IMG/VR virus record: IMGVR_UViG_3300048589_000489
Span: 1 to 42,829 of that record
From: a virus
Length of the DNA stretch: 42,829 bases
Strand: one strand, 5' to 3'
Shown: positions 8,537 through 17,677 of the stretch, in pieces
Numbering within the stretch: position 1 is the stretch's first letter
Layout: every line of letters starts with the position of its first letter
Translations under genes and position numbers: made by a program
Notes under the pieces: generated by a model
Database searches by the model: none
Told to the model about the DNA's origin: nothing
The model's input: the letters and a program-made list of their open reading frames with translations, nothing else

Positions 8537-8908
8537 TTATCCTCTTTGTACAAGCAGGGCAACGCTGAAAGTGCGGTCTGCTGCCTGGTCTCCCGAGGCT
8601 AGTATCTCAATAGTGATCTTGCCTGCTACTGGTATTTGTAGAGGGTGGTTGTTTGCGTCTACGTAGACTTGAGTTTTTACGCCCTCAGCTAACGAAGCCT
8701 TAGTAAAAAGGGTATAGCCGTCTGCGTCTTTTATTGTGATTGTGTAGGTGTCGGTGTCGTCTAGGTCGGGGGCTGTTACTAAAATGCCCTTGATAATACC
8801 ATTTAGGACGCGATCTCCTTCTGGGAGTGCGTCGCTAACTATCAAGTCTGCGTCGTCTGAAACGTCTATAACGAGTGAAGTGGTAAAGCGTTGTATGCCG
8901 TATTTCAT
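8537..8908 (-). CDS. Hypothetical small beta-rich protein
   Basis: 123 aa. Confidence 0.6.
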   Translation of the reverse strand: MKYGIQRFTTSLVIDVSDDADLIVSDALPEGDRVLNGIIKGILVTAPDLDDTDTYTITIKDADGYTLFTKASLAEGVKTQVYVDANNHPLQIPVAGKITIEILASGDQAADRTFSVALLVQRG

Positions 8909-8966
8909 ATAGTGTTATTGATTTCCTGCCATGTGGCGGGGAGGCACTTTCAATTAGCCTTTATTT

Positions 8967-9419
8967 TTATTCGGTTTTGTCTGCGTCTTCGTCGTCGGTA
9001 GTGTCTTCGTCTCCGCCTTCACTATCTGGCGAGTTTCCTGCTACTTCTTCATCGCCTGTTACGGTGTCCCCTGCTTGGTTTTTGAGTTCCTCTTTTGGAG
9101 TTTGGGCTGTTTCGATAGCGTCAAGGACTGCTCGCTTGTTTGGGAGGGCTTCTGGGTTTTCAACCCCTGCTTTCTTAGCGAATGCGTCGAGGCGTGGGCG
9201 TTTCCAGTCTTCGGTTGGCTTCTCTGGGTTACTAGCTGGGGTTGGGGCTTGAGCCTTTGCCTGCTTGATTGCCTTTTTGGTCTCGGCGGTAGGCTCTACC
9301 TCTACGGCGGTACCTACTTCGATGATTGGGCGGGCTTGGTTTTCTGGAAGCTCTAAAACTTCTCCCTCTGCCAAGGTGCGTCCGTCAATTTGTAATTCGC
9401 TTTTGAGTTGAATAAACAT
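8967..9419 (-). CDS. Hypothetical protein with highly acidic C-terminus
   Basis: 150 aa, ends ...GGDEDTTDDEDADKTE. RBS GGGAACC precedes the ATG. Confidence 0.6.
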   Translation of the reverse strand: MFIQLKSELQIDGRTLAEGEVLELPENQARPIIEVGTAVEVEPTAETKKAIKQAKAQAPTPASNPEKPTEDWKRPRLDAFAKKAGVENPEALPNKRAVLDAIETAQTPKEELKNQAGDTVTGDEEVAGNSPDSEGGDEDTTDDEDADKTE

Positions 9420-9433
9420 GGTTCCCTTTCTTA

Positions 9434-10039
9434 TTAGCTAGTGGTTGGCAATCCCTTGCCGACCTCTGTGGCGATTGAGACTACTTTATAGTCGCGTGAG
9501 CCGTTTGGTGCGGTATTGAATGAAATGGTGTTACTTTCAATAGCCGTTGAGCTTGTAGCTACGGTTGGGAAGGTAGCCTCTCGTACGCCGTCTACTGTAG
9601 CGGTAAGGATTTCGTTACCTGCATACTTACGGTCTAAGGCGATTTTTACGCCGATACCTACTGAAACGGTGTCGGTGCCTGCGTGGACTTCTACTGGAAG
9701 TTGAATGCTTGTAACGGTTTTGAAAGCCTTGTTACCTGCAACCTCTGAGGCTCCGTTGAGTGCGATAGTTTCTGTGATAACTTCGTCTCGGATGTTGGTA
9801 CCCGTGATAACGACGTTGCCTGCGTTTCCGCTGGCGTTGCCTTTTACCGTGACGTTACGTGGGGTTACGGGGTTAGTAATGCCCGATGTGATCTCTTGTA
9901 CCGCGTCTGTCTGTGCGGTAGCTGCCAAAACTGCTGTAGCACTTGCTGCTGCAGGGTCGGTAATCGTCTGCCTATGAACGTAGCCACTGAGACTTTGGAA
10001 GTCTCCTACAATGTGTTGCTGGTGTTTTTGAATAGGCAT
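9434..10039 (-). CDS. Hypothetical protein immediately downstream of the major capsid gene (possible capsid accessory protein)
   Basis: 201 aa, beta-rich, rich in T/A/V/G. The accessory role is suggested by position only. Confidence 0.55.
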   Translation of the reverse strand: MPIQKHQQHIVGDFQSLSGYVHRQTITDPAAASATAVLAATAQTDAVQEITSGITNPVTPRNVTVKGNASGNAGNVVITGTNIRDEVITETIALNGASEVAGNKAFKTVTSIQLPVEVHAGTDTVSVGIGVKIALDRKYAGNEILTATVDGVREATFPTVATSSTAIESNTISFNTAPNGSRDYKVVSIATEVGKGLPTTS

Positions 10040-10067
10040 AGTATTTTTCTCCTGTAGCTTCGTATTA

Positions 10068-10096
10068 GGCGGGGCAGTTGTTTAGGCTACCCCGCC
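10068..10096 (-). terminator. GC-rich hairpin after the major capsid gene (weak or partial terminator candidate)
   Basis: ggcgggg (10068-10074) pairs with ccccgcc (10090-10096). There is no clear U-tract on the minus strand. Confidence 0.3.
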
Positions 10097-10105
10097 CTAT
10101 ATTTC

Positions 10106-11032
10106 TTAGTTTACAGCGTTGAATACTGCGTAGACTGCTGTTTCTGCAACGGTCTTCTGCTCGTAGTTCATGCTGGTTCGAACGTAGTAGGATTTTGGAC
10201 CCACTTCGTACCATTTTTCGGTCTGCTCTGAGCCTTCGAGCATCAAGTGGTACCCGAAGGTAATCTGCTTGAGCTTCAAGGTTGGGGCGACGCGTCCGAC
10301 CCAGAGGTGTTTGCCCCAGATGTCGGCACCTGTGAAGGCTTGTCCTTCTTTAGATGTCATCTTTCGGCGGTCTCCGATCCAGATTTGGTCTACTCCAAAT
10401 AAGGCTTTCAAGTGTTCCATGGTCAGTACGCCACGCTCGCTGTACTTGAAGCGTTCCAAGAGGTCTGGGTGGTGTACGAGTTTGTCGTAAACCTTTTTAC
10501 CCATCCACATAGCGTTCGGGCTGATACCGATACTTTCGCGGACAGTTTCCTTCGCGGTCTCTACGACACCGATAGGATCGGAGTTGGCGTAGTCGTTGAA
10601 TTGGCTGTTGCCTGAAAGGGTCGTCTTGTTTGTGAAGTTACCGCTGGTTGCCATGTAGGTAGCCAGTTTGTTTTCACGGATTTGGAGCAAGTTGTCTTTG
10701 ACGGTCTCTGTAGCGTCGCTCAAAGCGTCAATGATGGTGTCTGCCTGCTCGTAGTCCTCTTTGGTAACTTCGGCTTCTAACGAATGCTCGACCAATGGAC
10801 CGTATGGTGTTCGGGTCAAACCCCAATCCACTCGGTTAGCTCTGGTACCTGGGGAGCGAACGTCGTTCTCCACGGCTTGGTTAGAGCGGTCGTATTCGTA
10901 GTAGTAGCCACTTTCTTTCTTCACTGTCACGACTGGCATAATTTTGTCGGCAATCAGTTCGCCGTTTTGGTATGCAACCGAGACGTTAGTGAGTACTTGA
11001 TCGTAGTATAGTTCTGTGCCTGTTGGTTTCAT
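10106..11032 (-). CDS. Major capsid protein
   Basis: 308 aa. It follows the protease/scaffold and DUF2190-like genes. Size and N-terminal pattern resemble capsid protein E / Mu gpT-type HK97-fold proteins. Confidence 0.75.
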   Translation of the reverse strand: MKPTGTELYYDQVLTNVSVAYQNGELIADKIMPVVTVKKESGYYYEYDRSNQAVENDVRSPGTRANRVDWGLTRTPYGPLVEHSLEAEVTKEDYEQADTIIDALSDATETVKDNLLQIRENKLATYMATSGNFTNKTTLSGNSQFNDYANSDPIGVVETAKETVRESIGISPNAMWMGKKVYDKLVHHPDLLERFKYSERGVLTMEHLKALFGVDQIWIGDRRKMTSKEGQAFTGADIWGKHLWVGRVAPTLKLKQITFGYHLMLEGSEQTEKWYEVGPKSYYVRTSMNYEQKTVAETAVYAVFNAVN

Positions 11033-11089
11033 AATTTTTTCTCCTTGGTAGTAGGTGCTTTAGTATTAGCCCCTAGCTATTGCTAGCTA

Positions 11090-11464
11090 TTAGGCTGCTT
11101 TCCCTTCCCCTTTGTTGTCGAGGTCTACTGGGAAAATGTCGCCCGCTGCGGTCAAGACTTCTGCGGTACCGATGACGAAATCACCACTAGCTGCGGTTAC
11201 TAACTTACCGTCTGCGTCGGAGGCAACTTGGGCACCTTTTGCGATGACTCCAGCTGCGATACCTTTAGCAACTCCGCCGACTGCGACGGTAGCTCCTTTG
11301 TTCTCAACTGGTTTGTTTTGCAAAAGTCCCACGGCTTTCTCACCGTCTCCACACAAGACAACTTCTTGTGCGTCGGTGCCGAGCTTCACGGCGTAGTACC
11401 TTTTGGATGAAAGGTCTGCACCTGCTGCGTAGGGTCTGCGTTGTGGGTTGTTAGAATATGACAT
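11090..11464 (-). CDS. DUF2190-like head protein (possible decoration/cement protein)
   Basis: 124 aa, Gly/Ala/Val-rich beta pattern ...AVGLLQNKP...GATVAVGGVAKG...GAQV..DADGKLV. Canonical position upstream of the capsid gene. Confidence 0.5.
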   Translation of the reverse strand: MSYSNNPQRRPYAAGADLSSKRYYAVKLGTDAQEVVLCGDGEKAVGLLQNKPVENKGATVAVGGVAKGIAAGVIAKGAQVASDADGKLVTAASGDFVIGTAEVLTAAGDIFPVDLDNKGEGKAA

Positions 11465-11482
11465 ATTTTTCTCCTTGTAAAA

Positions 11483-12688
11483 TTATTCCTTTGCTTCCAA
11501 GCGTACTGGCGTACCCACGTTAGGGGTCTCTGCCATGTGTTCGCTTGCCATTTCTGGTTGGGCTTTGAGTACAGCTTTTTGAGCTTCTCGGTAGCCTACG
11601 CCTTCGTGTGCCTTCATGTAGGCTTTAGTAGCTGCGTCCAGTTTTTCGGCTGCTGAGTTGGTAGCGTCGTCGCCACCTTCTTCGCCGAATACTTTGACGG
11701 CTGGCATACTGGCAACTAAGGTTTTGAAGCCTTCGCGTTGCTTACTGCCTAATGAAGCCATGAAGGTTTTTAGAGCGTCCCGCTGTGCTGGGAGGAACTT
11801 GCCTCCTTTGTTGGTCTCGGATGCGACCATAGCCTCGGTGTCTGCCTCTAATTTTCGAGCTTCTTCTGCTTGCATGAGTTCGTCGGCTTTTTTAGCCTTC
11901 TCTTTGAGGGCGTTAGCTTCACTTGCCGTCATTGTGACGTTTTCGCTGGCTTCGTTAGGTTGTCCCTCGGTTGGAGTTTCTGGTGTTTCGGGGGTTTCTG
12001 GAGTCTCAGGAGTTTCTGGCGTAGCTTCGATTGGGTTTTTCTCCAATTCGGCTTTTTGCTCGTCAGTAAGTTCCGCCTCATTAGCTTTCAGGAAAGCGGT
12101 TTCTTCGGCGGTGCGTTCTGCTGTTGGTTTTGCGATGATTTCAGATAATTTCATAGGATTTTGCTCCTGCTTGCTAATTAGTATGAGAGTTCCCTCGGAC
12201 ATTGTCAAGGGTTTTAGTTTTTTCATGTAGGGGATGTTGGTCAAACCTGCTCCTACTATAACATTTCTGTATTCCGCTCCGCTTTCTGGGTCGGTGTAGT
12301 TGAAATGCCATTCTGGTGAAATGTACTTGTAGCGTTTGTTTTTGAGCTTTTCCTCGCCCAAATCTGTCCACTCTACGTCTGCTAGTAGTACGCCGTCGCC
12401 TTTGGTTGAAAGTTGTGTGATCCAACCTGCTGCTTCGCCGTCTCTATCGTGGGCACAGTTGATTGGCAAGGTATTGTCTTCGCCGTTGGCTCCTTTGGCT
12501 CTGATACCGCGTCCGAAACTCTCCACGAAACCGTCAATATCCGCTTGGGTTATTTCAAAGTCCCCGTACCATTCGTGATGGTATTCTCCTGTACGCATGA
12601 TTTCAATTTGATCTGGGATTTTACCCTCGGCTGCGGTCATCAATCGCTGTACGTCGGTGGCGGTGTGGAATATGTTTGGTCGCTTCAT
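11483..12688 (-). CDS. Prohead protease (Mu protein I-like) fused to a scaffold-like coiled coil
   Basis: 401 aa. The N-terminal ...LPINCAHDRDGEAAGWITQL...VEWTDLGEEKLKNKRYKYISPEW resembles the Mu-like prophage I protease. The C-terminal half is coiled coil with (PET)x5. Confidence 0.65.
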   Translation of the reverse strand: MKRPNIFHTATDVQRLMTAAEGKIPDQIEIMRTGEYHHEWYGDFEITQADIDGFVESFGRGIRAKGANGEDNTLPINCAHDRDGEAAGWITQLSTKGDGVLLADVEWTDLGEEKLKNKRYKYISPEWHFNYTDPESGAEYRNVIVGAGLTNIPYMKKLKPLTMSEGTLILISKQEQNPMKLSEIIAKPTAERTAEETAFLKANEAELTDEQKAELEKNPIEATPETPETPETPETPETPTEGQPNEASENVTMTASEANALKEKAKKADELMQAEEARKLEADTEAMVASETNKGGKFLPAQRDALKTFMASLGSKQREGFKTLVASMPAVKVFGEEGGDDATNSAAEKLDAATKAYMKAHEGVGYREAQKAVLKAQPEMASEHMAETPNVGTPVRLEAKE

Positions 12689-12702
12689 AGTTTTGTCCTT
12701 TT

Positions 12703-12732
12703 ACTATAGCAGTATATTGTGTGGCGTTACAA
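12703..12732 (-). promoter_or_regulatory. Candidate sigma70-like promoter TTGTAA-N18-TATAGT upstream of the protease/scaffold gene
   Basis: Read on the minus strand in the 60-nt MuF-protease gap. Confidence 0.3.
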
Positions 12733-12736
12733 GTAT

Positions 12737-12747
12737 GCCACGTGTCG
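12737..12747 (-). repeat. Copy of 11-mer CGACACGTGGC
   Basis: Exact copy, intergenic, starting 2 nt after the TAA stop of the MuF gene. Confidence 0.9.
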
Positions 12748-12748
12748 G

Positions 12749-13561
12749 TTACTTCTTCAATTGGATTGTTACTGCACACCTACAGTTTGGGTGTCCTGGC
12801 GGTGTGTAGAAGCCTCCTGGGAAACTGTCGTCTAGTCCGACTTCTTTTCCCTCTAGTCCTAGGCAAATAGGGCAGGCTCCTATTACTGTTTCCCACCTTT
12901 TTTTTGTGTTCTTGTACGGTGGGTTTAGCTCCTTGGCTGCGAGTACGCGTCCTTCGTTGTATGCCCGTACTGTCTCCGTGTGTGCTATTACTCCCGCTCT
13001 GCGTTGGTCGTTTATGACTTTGGCTAGGCGTTTACTCATTGTTGGGCGGTCTTCTCCTGCGTTTAGCCCTGCCCGTACTGCTTGGTTTAGTCGCTTGCGG
13101 GTCGTGTCGTCTACGTTTTTTACTAGCTTGAAGGTGTACTGGTTTAGAAACTCTATAGCTGGGTGTGCGTTACTGCTCCAACCTACGTCTATATTTACTT
13201 CCAGCTCGGTATGCTCGCCTCCTGCTTCTACTGCTGGGGCTAGTTGGTTTATGAAAACTGCTGCGAGTGCTTGCCTCCATAGGTTCCAAATTGGGTTAGT
13301 GTCGTCTAGGAAGTCGCCTACTGCTGCCTGTTTTATAGCTACTGCTGACCAGTCTATGAAGTCATCGACCTGTTTTGCGTACTCTCGGAAGGTCGCTTTT
13401 AGAGCCTTTTCTAGCTCAATATCTGCTTTTATGGCTTTTTTCCATTGGGCTGGGTACTTCTGATACTCTGGGTGCCAGTTTTCCCCTTCGGGATTGGCTG
13501 CTAGGTACCAGTTTAGTATTTCGGCTGCGGTATGTAGTTCGTCTAGGTTATTCGTTTCCAT
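12749..13561 (-). CDS. Head morphogenesis protein (Mu F / SPP1 gp7 family)
   Basis: 270 aa with the HTETVRAYNEG and CPICLGLEGK...PPGHPNCRCAV hallmark motifs. Confidence 0.85.
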   Translation of the reverse strand: METNNLDELHTAAEILNWYLAANPEGENWHPEYQKYPAQWKKAIKADIELEKALKATFREYAKQVDDFIDWSAVAIKQAAVGDFLDDTNPIWNLWRQALAAVFINQLAPAVEAGGEHTELEVNIDVGWSSNAHPAIEFLNQYTFKLVKNVDDTTRKRLNQAVRAGLNAGEDRPTMSKRLAKVINDQRRAGVIAHTETVRAYNEGRVLAAKELNPPYKNTKKRWETVIGACPICLGLEGKEVGLDDSFPGGFYTPPGHPNCRCAVTIQLKK

Positions 13562-15365
13562 GGATGGTGTCCTCTATGCTATCTCGGAAGCTAGCGAGGA
13601 AACCGCGGAAACTCTCCATAGCCTTTTGCACCGCTGGCTTGGCTGCCTGGGCTTCCGCCTGTGATTTTCGCTCGGCTATCTTTATCTTGAGGTCGTTTAT
13701 TTTTTTGTTGATTGCCTGCTTTTTGTCCAGTAGTTCGAGCTGTGCTTTTGCCTGCTCCTGTGGGTCGAGCTTCTCGCCTTTGGCTTTTTTCTCTAGCACC
13801 ATGCGTCGGGCTGAGTCGCGGAAGTCGGCTAGCTCCTGTCGTAGCTGTGCTATTTCTGCTTTGCTCTGCTCTACTACGGGGTCTTTGGCTTTCTTGCCTT
13901 TTTTGCCCTTCGCCTGCTTGCCTTTTTTACGGCTTGCCCAGTAGCGTTGGAGTGCTTCGCTGATTTTCTTCTTGTGGTCGTCTCCGAGTGGACCGCGGAC
14001 ACCTGCTGCTGCCATTAGCAGTTCGTTGGCTTGGGCTAGGTCTTCCATTACTTGCTCGTCTTCTGGCGTTTCTGGTGCTGGCTCGGTTTCGCTGTCTAGG
14101 CTGGCTAGTTCTCCTTCGAGTTCTAGTGCCATGTCCTGTCCGAAGTCGTCGGGCAGGTCGGTACCTTCTGCCTTTTCTGGCAAGTCCATGACGTTGCGGA
14201 CGTATTCCTCTAGCTCATCGTCTGGAACGAGTACGCCTGTCTGGATTAGTCGCTGTAGTGCGGTGCTTAGTTTGTCGAAGCTGACTGTACCGATTTTCTC
14301 GAACTCTAGCGTTGGGTAGTTCTTCACGTTCGGGAAGTTCATGTCTACTAGCTGCTGGATTACGTACTTCTGTACTGCGTCCCGCATGGTTCGGGCGATG
14401 TGGTGTAGTGCCAGCATGAAAAGGTCTGTCTGGTCTGCTGATAGTGCGTAGCTACCTGTACTTGTCGCTCCTAGCTCTAGGAATTGGGCGAGTACTGACT
14501 TTACTATTTGGCGGTCGTGGTGCTTGATACTGTTCTGCGGGTCTCTAGTGGTGCCTGACTTCATGTCGAGGAAGCCAATTTCCCAACCAGTTGGGATTTC
14601 TAGGTAGCCTTGCTCGTTAGCCCGTAGGTTCTGCAGTAGCTCCTTGGCTTTGGCTTTGTCTTTGGGGTTAGCCTGGTTTGGTTTGCGTACGTATGGAATA
14701 CCCAAGCCTTGGCGTTCGTGGGCTATTGCGTCGATTTTGTAGAGGTTCTCTTTTATGTACCAATGCTTGTAGGCGGAGCGTAGCAAACTTACTCCGAGCC
14801 AGTTGTCTCCGCGTTTCTCGTTGGTCAAAATGAGGAGCTTCTCTATTGGGATTTCTACCTCGCCTTTTTCTACTGTGAATTGTCGAATGCCTTTGCGTTT
14901 GTCCTTTAGCTCCCACGCCCAAATGGTGCCTGGCAAGCGAGCTGCCATTTTATCTAGCCCGATGTACTTGCCTCCCTCGAACTCTACGTCCTTGAAAACT
15001 TTTTCCCATACGAAATGCCCGTAGGGTAGGTAGTCGCTACTTTGGCGGAGGAACTCCTGCCACGTTATGCTCATTTCTTCAAATAGGTTTTGCTCTACGA
15101 AGCGGGCTACCTTTTGGTCTATCTCGTCTTCGCCTCCTGCTTGTACGAACCAGTGGGCGGATAGGATTGGTAGTACCACGGCGAGTAGTGCTGCCTTTAC
15201 GGTAGCGTCGCCTTTTATCATTTTGTCGATGAGTTTTATTCCGCGTTCGCCTGTTAGCTCCAGGTTGTAGTCTGAGTCTGAAATGATACCGCCAACTATA
15301 ACGGTACCCGAGGCACCTATTTCGTTTTTGTTTTTGGTTATAGTTGAGAGCTTGGTTTCTGGCAT
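13548..15365 (-). CDS. Portal protein (Mu gp29/DUF935-like)
   Basis: 605 aa, between the large terminase and MuF genes. K/E-rich C-terminal coiled coil. Confidence 0.8.
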   Translation of the reverse strand: MPETKLSTITKNKNEIGASGTVIVGGIISDSDYNLELTGERGIKLIDKMIKGDATVKAALLAVVLPILSAHWFVQAGGEDEIDQKVARFVEQNLFEEMSITWQEFLRQSSDYLPYGHFVWEKVFKDVEFEGGKYIGLDKMAARLPGTIWAWELKDKRKGIRQFTVEKGEVEIPIEKLLILTNEKRGDNWLGVSLLRSAYKHWYIKENLYKIDAIAHERQGLGIPYVRKPNQANPKDKAKAKELLQNLRANEQGYLEIPTGWEIGFLDMKSGTTRDPQNSIKHHDRQIVKSVLAQFLELGATSTGSYALSADQTDLFMLALHHIARTMRDAVQKYVIQQLVDMNFPNVKNYPTLEFEKIGTVSFDKLSTALQRLIQTGVLVPDDELEEYVRNVMDLPEKAEGTDLPDDFGQDMALELEGELASLDSETEPAPETPEDEQVMEDLAQANELLMAAAGVRGPLGDDHKKKISEALQRYWASRKKGKQAKGKKGKKAKDPVVEQSKAEIAQLRQELADFRDSARRMVLEKKAKGEKLDPQEQAKAQLELLDKKQAINKKINDLKIKIAERKSQAEAQAAKPAVQKAMESFRGFLASFRDSIEDTIHGNE

Positions 15366-15366
15366 A

Positions 15367-16944
15367 TTAGAACTCTTTGTCCATTAGGCTAGCTGTAATT
15401 GGTTCGAGTGCCTTTTCCTCGTCGTCGTCTAGGTCTACTCCGAAGCTGCCGTAGGCAAGGCTTGGGAAAAGTCTAACGAGTCCGTAGCGGTTGTTGTCTG
15501 GACCGTGATCGTTTTTCTTCTCTGGTTGGTCTGTATATTCTCCGCTGGGTAGTTTCTTTTTACGGTAGGTTAGGTACTCCCCTATTAGATTAGCACATTT
15601 ATCGGGATCAATCAGTAGGTTGCGACCTTTGAGTAGGTTCCGAATTAGTGCTGCTCCATTATGTATCTTGTAAAGCTCTTTGTCATCTGCTTTTTCTAGG
15701 ACGGGATAGCCCGCGTTCATTCTCTCGGCTTGCTCGGTCAGTCCTGCGGGGTCTCCTATGTAGCCGACCATGGCGGGTACGTAGTAGCGTAGCCGTTCGT
15801 CGGTTATTTTCTCCTCGTCTACCTTGATGCCGTGTTCTCGCATTTTTTCCACTTGGAGCTTCATTACTTCGCTACTTACCTTATGCGTAACGTAGATACA
15901 GTCGAATATCTGTATTTCTGGGCGTTCGTAGTCTATTATCTGCACAAAGCACGTTACGTCGGGGTGGTTCTCTCCGAAGCCGTAGTCTTCCCAAAGGTAA
16001 AAATCATACTTGGGGTCGTACTTCCATTTGCGTAGGTTTCCCGCTGGGTATTCTGTCTCCGAAAACTGTGGGTACATTAGCCCTTTGGTTTCTGCCTTGG
16101 TACATAGCCATTGGGCTGCCCATACGTCGTCGTCTAGTCCTGCCCGCTTGATTAGTAGGTCTTTCCACTTGTAGTAGCCTGTTTTCTTCTTCTTTATTTT
16201 GTCCCAGGGTGCTTCGGGGAAGGCTTCGTGTATTTCTTTTTGTAGCTCCTTGTCGTCGTGGGGGTACGGCTCTACTACTTCCCAAATGCACCATTGGTAG
16301 GTTTTCATTCCCCGCTTTCGGCTCTCACTGAATAGTCGCTCCATTGGACCAAATGCACTTTTGCGGGTACTGGCTAGGATTGTTTGCGATACTATGCCCT
16401 CTTTACTCTGAGCCATGGAAAATGCTTCCTGTAGGATATTCCACGCCATTAGCTCTACCTCGTCTATGAAAGCCTTTTGTGGGTGGGGCGAGTTTACGCC
16501 CGATACGGTACCCGTCAGGATTTGTACTACCGACTTATTTACGAAGGTGGTTTCGCTCATTAGCGAGGCTACTAGGTTGCTACGGAACACGGGTATGTTC
16601 TCGTTCATTTTCTTGAAGTATTTGTAGCACCGCTTTGCCTGCTCCTCGATTGCACCTACTGTCGCGGTTTCGCAGTCGTCGTGGTAGAAGCTGTTTAGGG
16701 TGTCGAGTATGGCGAAGTCCATTGTCTTACCGCCTGAACGGTTCGCCATGGTGGTTATGAGCTGGTACTCCTCGAAAAAGGTTTCGGCTACGAAGTCTAA
16801 GGGGCTTTGGTGGGTGGCACAACACGCCTCGCTTGGTATCTCTACTCCTAGTACGTCCTTGACTAGAGCCTGTAAAAGCTCTTTGTCTTTAGTCTCATAG
16901 ATATAGCCGAGGGCTGCTCGGACTTCTTTTGGAGTGTAGGTCAT
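15367..16944 (-). CDS. terL: Terminase large subunit
   Basis: 525 aa. Walker A NRSGGKT, Walker B AFIDEVE, coupling motif AST, nuclease acidic motifs YIGDPAG and DHGPDNNRY. Confidence 0.9.
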   Translation of the reverse strand: MTYTPKEVRAALGYIYETKDKELLQALVKDVLGVEIPSEACCATHQSPLDFVAETFFEEYQLITTMANRSGGKTMDFAILDTLNSFYHDDCETATVGAIEEQAKRCYKYFKKMNENIPVFRSNLVASLMSETTFVNKSVVQILTGTVSGVNSPHPQKAFIDEVELMAWNILQEAFSMAQSKEGIVSQTILASTRKSAFGPMERLFSESRKRGMKTYQWCIWEVVEPYPHDDKELQKEIHEAFPEAPWDKIKKKKTGYYKWKDLLIKRAGLDDDVWAAQWLCTKAETKGLMYPQFSETEYPAGNLRKWKYDPKYDFYLWEDYGFGENHPDVTCFVQIIDYERPEIQIFDCIYVTHKVSSEVMKLQVEKMREHGIKVDEEKITDERLRYYVPAMVGYIGDPAGLTEQAERMNAGYPVLEKADDKELYKIHNGAALIRNLLKGRNLLIDPDKCANLIGEYLTYRKKKLPSGEYTDQPEKKNDHGPDNNRYGLVRLFPSLAYGSFGVDLDDDEEKALEPITASLMDKEF

Positions 16945-17477
16945 TGTTTTGCATTAGCTTTCTTCTTGGGCTTGGCTTTTTTCGGTGCCGTCTTCTTTGT
17001 CGGTACCTTGGCTAGTTTGCCGTTTTGTACTAGGCGGTCTGCCATTAGTTGCTCGAAGTTGGTTAGCTTCGTCTCTACGGGACCACCGTCTTTGCCTGTT
17101 ACTTCGCTGCGGGTGCTGAACTCGTCTTTTGCCTTACGCTCTAGGTACCACGTTGCTACGGGTACTTTGCTGAGGTTGTTTACTATGGTGGTTTTGGCTT
17201 TGAGTACGGGGGTATCTTTCCACTCCTCTTTTTGCTGTAAAAACTCTGGGTGTTTCTCCTGGTAGTTGTATAGGGTTTTTTCAGAGATGCCCGCGAATGC
17301 ACACGCCTGCCTGTCGGTAGCTCCTACTAGGAAGGCTTGCCGTAGGTATGCCATTACTTCTTCCGTTACGACTGTGGGTCTGCCACCTGGGTCTTTGTAT
17401 TCCTGTGGGATTTCCTCGTAGAGTACTACGCCTTGCTCGGCTTTGGTTTTGGTGGTGCGTTTCTTTTTTTTAGGCAT
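16941..17477 (-). CDS. terS: Terminase small subunit
   Basis: 178 aa. HTH region GGRPTVVTEEVMAYLRQAFLVGATDRQACAFAGISEKTLYNY. 4-nt overlap with terL. Confidence 0.7.
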   Translation of the reverse strand: MPKKKKRTTKTKAEQGVVLYEEIPQEYKDPGGRPTVVTEEVMAYLRQAFLVGATDRQACAFAGISEKTLYNYQEKHPEFLQQKEEWKDTPVLKAKTTIVNNLSKVPVATWYLERKAKDEFSTRSEVTGKDGGPVETKLTNFEQLMADRLVQNGKLAKVPTKKTAPKKAKPKKKANAKQ

Positions 17478-17655
17478 GGGGTTCCTTTGTCCGTATTTCC
17501 TGTAGTGCCATCATTGTATCAATTTTCCATTGGTCTGCGTGTTCTCTGCACTTTGGGTACTCTGTTGCGTCGGGGTCGTTTAGTCCTACGAATACTACTG
17601 CCTGTTTGTTACAGCCATCGACATTACACTGGTAGTCTTTTGCGTACCTGGTCAT
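17470..17655 (-). CDS. Hypothetical Cys/His-rich small protein
   Basis: 61 aa with C..DGC...C.EH. No SD upstream; the 11-mer lies 11 nt upstream of the ATG. Confidence 0.55.
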   Translation of the reverse strand: MTRYAKDYQCNVDGCNKQAVVFVGLNDPDATEYPKCREHADQWKIDTMMALQEIRTKEPHA

Positions 17656-17666
17656 AGTTCTATTCT

Positions 17667-17677
17667 GCCACGTGTCG
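17667..17677 (-). repeat. Copy of 11-mer CGACACGTGGC
   Basis: Exact copy, intergenic, directly abutting the TAA stop of gene 17678..17878. Confidence 0.9.

Noticed and set aside
11033-11089. Palindromic TAGCTA-ttgc-TAGCTA hairpin between the DUF2190-like and capsid genes, considered as a terminator
   Set aside because: The stem is short and AT-rich, with no U-tract. A terminator here would cut off the capsid gene, and chance palindromy of TAGCTA is plausible.
11971-12020. (PET)x5 tandem repeat in the protease/scaffold gene
   Set aside because: It is a short Pro/Glu/Thr linker between the protease and scaffold-like parts. This is a common low-complexity spacer and not a separate feature.
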